From positions 1,154,245 to 1,218,244 of the forward strand of contig JAMLHB010000001.1 of assembly GCA_023957375.1 (NCBI GenBank): 64,000 nt of DNA, given 5' to 3'. Shown in pieces: positions 62,727 through 64,000 of the stretch (its first letter is position 1; each line of letters opens with the position of its first letter). A model generated the notes under the pieces. It had not been told where the DNA came from. It worked only from the letters and a program-made list of their open reading frames with translations, and ran no database searches. The DNA comes from Flavobacteriales bacterium (lineage in GTDB: Bacteria; Bacteroidota; Bacteroidia; Flavobacteriales_F; PHOS-HE28). The position numbers and the translations under genes were made by a program.

Positions 62727-64000
62727 TCACGGTAGCTGCTCCGTTATTGTGCTGGTCGGGGATGCGCCGACCAGGTTGTTCAGGATCATGTCCCGGTCGT
62801 TCCCGCTGCCGGTGTATTTCACCGCGCCGTCCAAGGTCACATCGGCACCGTGGTAGCCACTTACCGTGTTGGTGGGTGCGGTTCCGCCTACGGCATTGAG
62901 GATGGCATCCCGGTCGTTGTTCGCGCCGGTGTACTTCACTTCGGCATCGCGCACCACGTTGCCGCTCCACAGCAATGCAATGCCTCCATTCAACTTGCGG
63001 GCGTTGGTGCCCCAGGTGGCCGTTGCTGGCAGACTGAAATCAACCACAGTGGCCGTGGCACTGAGCAGAACAGGCTGCGCGGTCATGGCGCCCAAGTGGT
63101 TGCGGTGGCGGACGGCCACATAATAGTCACCACCAGCTTGGCAGAAGCCCAACGGTGACATGCCGTCCACGCCCACCACATCGCCATCGCGCTGTAGCAA
63201 GGCCACACGGCTTTCCAGTACTTGCGATGGCGTGGTGGCCGAGCGCAGTTCCACCAGCACCCAATCCACGATGGCATCGTTGCCGGTGATGGCAAGCACC
63301 GGTGCGGTGGTGAGCGTGTCGCCTGCCGGTGCGAAGCCCAGCACGGTGTATGGCTCGCGCAGCGGCAACAGGTTCAACTTGCGCAGGCTGTCCACCATCA
63401 ACATGCCACCATCGCGCCATGCGCCGTCCAACAGCGCCTTGGCGGCCACCACCGTAGGCGGCACCTCATCGCAAGGCGGGTCCAATGTGGTGAAGAGGGT
63501 GGATACGCTCCACTCTGAAGCGATCCCCTGCGACCCCTCTCCTTGGCAAATGGTGCGCACCTGGAACTCATGCTCCGTGCCCCACTCCAGCCCATTGAGC
63601 ATGTGGTTCGTATCGACGATCCCCTGCACCACGTTCCAATCGGCAAGGGCGGTTTTCTTCCAGCGTACGTCGTATGAACTGGCTCCCTCCACCATGGTCC
63701 AATTCATCTGCGCACCAATGTATGTGATGTCCGAGGTCCAATGTTCACCGGGCCAAGGACAGTTGGCGGTATACGCGTTGATGAAAAGCGAATAGCAGGC
63801 AACGGGATTGTTGGCCCCGTTGTAGCCCCACACGTGCAACACGTAGCTGCCCGACCCTTGATTGATCCTGCTGATGTACTCGCTGTTGGTCCCTGCATTC
63901 TGGCTCATGGCGATCTGCACGCCGGAGCTGTTCAACAGCTCCATGTCGTAATCAGCAGGAAGGCCGGACATGCTGATGTAGAGGTTGCTTGTTGCGGCCA
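62727..64000 (-). CDS. large secreted multidomain protein, 5'-partial in window (FN3 and pre-peptidase-C-terminal-like domains)
   Basis: The ORF is open to the window edge. FN3-like block (…SYDVRWKKTALADWNVVQGI…HEFQVRTIC…), a PPC-like C-terminal domain, and internal repeats VKYTG(A/S)NNDRD(A/M)ILN. Confidence 0.55.
   Translation of the reverse strand, partial: AATSNLYISMSGLPADYDMELLNSSGVQIAMSQNAGTNSEYISRINQGSGSYVLHVWGYNGANNPVACYSLFINAYTANCPWPGEHWTSDITYIGAQMNWTMVEGASSYDVRWKKTALADWNVVQGIVDTNHMLNGLEWGTEHEFQVRTICQGEGSQGIASEWSVSTLFTTLDPPCDEVPPTVVAAKALLDGAWRDGGMLMVDSLRKLNLLPLREPYTVLGFAPAGDTLTTAPVLAITGNDAIVDWVLVELRSATTPSQVLESRVALLQRDGDVVGVDGMSPLGFCQAGGDYYVAVRHRNHLGAMTAQPVLLSATATVVDFSLPATATWGTNARKLNGGIALLWSGNVVRDAEVKYTGANNDRDAILNAVGGTAPTNTVSGYHGADVTLDGAVKYTGSGNDRDMILNNLVGASPTSTITEQLP

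Overview
This 64-kb window is a high-GC (~65%) chromosomal segment that looks like a Bacteroidota genome. Supporting that: histone H1-like proteins, DUF3276, a TamB-like giant protein, T9SS-style secreted proteins and weak ribosome-binding sites. About 55 genes are supported, densely packed on both strands, plus one tRNA.

- **1–27 kb: core housekeeping.** ilvE, recQ–mpg–fmt with ATGA overlaps, HU, a SpoU methylase, pdxH, yqgE, a class-IV aminotransferase, gmhB, rhomboid, tRNA-Met(CAU), lptF/G plus two GT4 glycosyltransferases, ribBA, tamB, tsaD, a TPR protein and UspA. Two lysine-rich histone H1-like genes sit here, one of them fused to an SRPBCC/AHSA1 domain.
- **27.3–43.6 kb: accessory copper/silver resistance island.** Its cargo is:
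  - cusA–cusC–HMBD–cusB in an unusual order.
  - A His/Asp-tailed DUF2231 membrane protein.
  - HMBD lipoproteins.
  - A di-haem cytochrome c peroxidase.
  - A CopA P1B-ATPase with three YHS/TRASH modules plus one HMBD at its N-terminus.
  - Polytopic membrane proteins.
- **Island boundaries.** The island is bracketed by direct repeats derived from the 3' end of a type I hsdR gene: a 1.15-kb truncated copy at 27.3–28.4 kb and a ~60-bp remnant at 43.57–43.63 kb. No integrase or transposase is visible in the island.
- **43.7–55.2 kb: a type I restriction-modification locus, all on the minus strand.** Gene order is an MNT/HEPN pair, hsdM, hsdS, two low-GC genes, hsdR, then a DUF3276 protein.
  - The two low-GC genes are an HExxH-motif protein and a six-helix membrane-anchored HerA/FtsK-like ATPase. 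They are wedged between hsdS and hsdR and translationally coupled to both, in the position PrrC occupies in prr-type loci. This is the best candidate for an undescribed RM-embedded defence or abortive-infection-like module.
  - hsdM carries an in-frame DUF559 (Vsr-like endonuclease) domain insertion flanked by GC-rich palindromic linker repeats.
- **55–64 kb: parC … parE with an accessory insert between them.** ParC and ParE are split by a low-GC RelE/ParE-like toxin–antitoxin pair, a lipoprotein gene flanked by paired 22-bp palindromic repeats, a secreted protein, and an unusual ~100-bp × 4.4 intergenic tandem repeat. A large secreted FN3/PPC protein runs off the 3' edge.

Many long ORFs in the six-frame track are GC-driven shadow ORFs on the opposite strand of real genes and are not reported as features.
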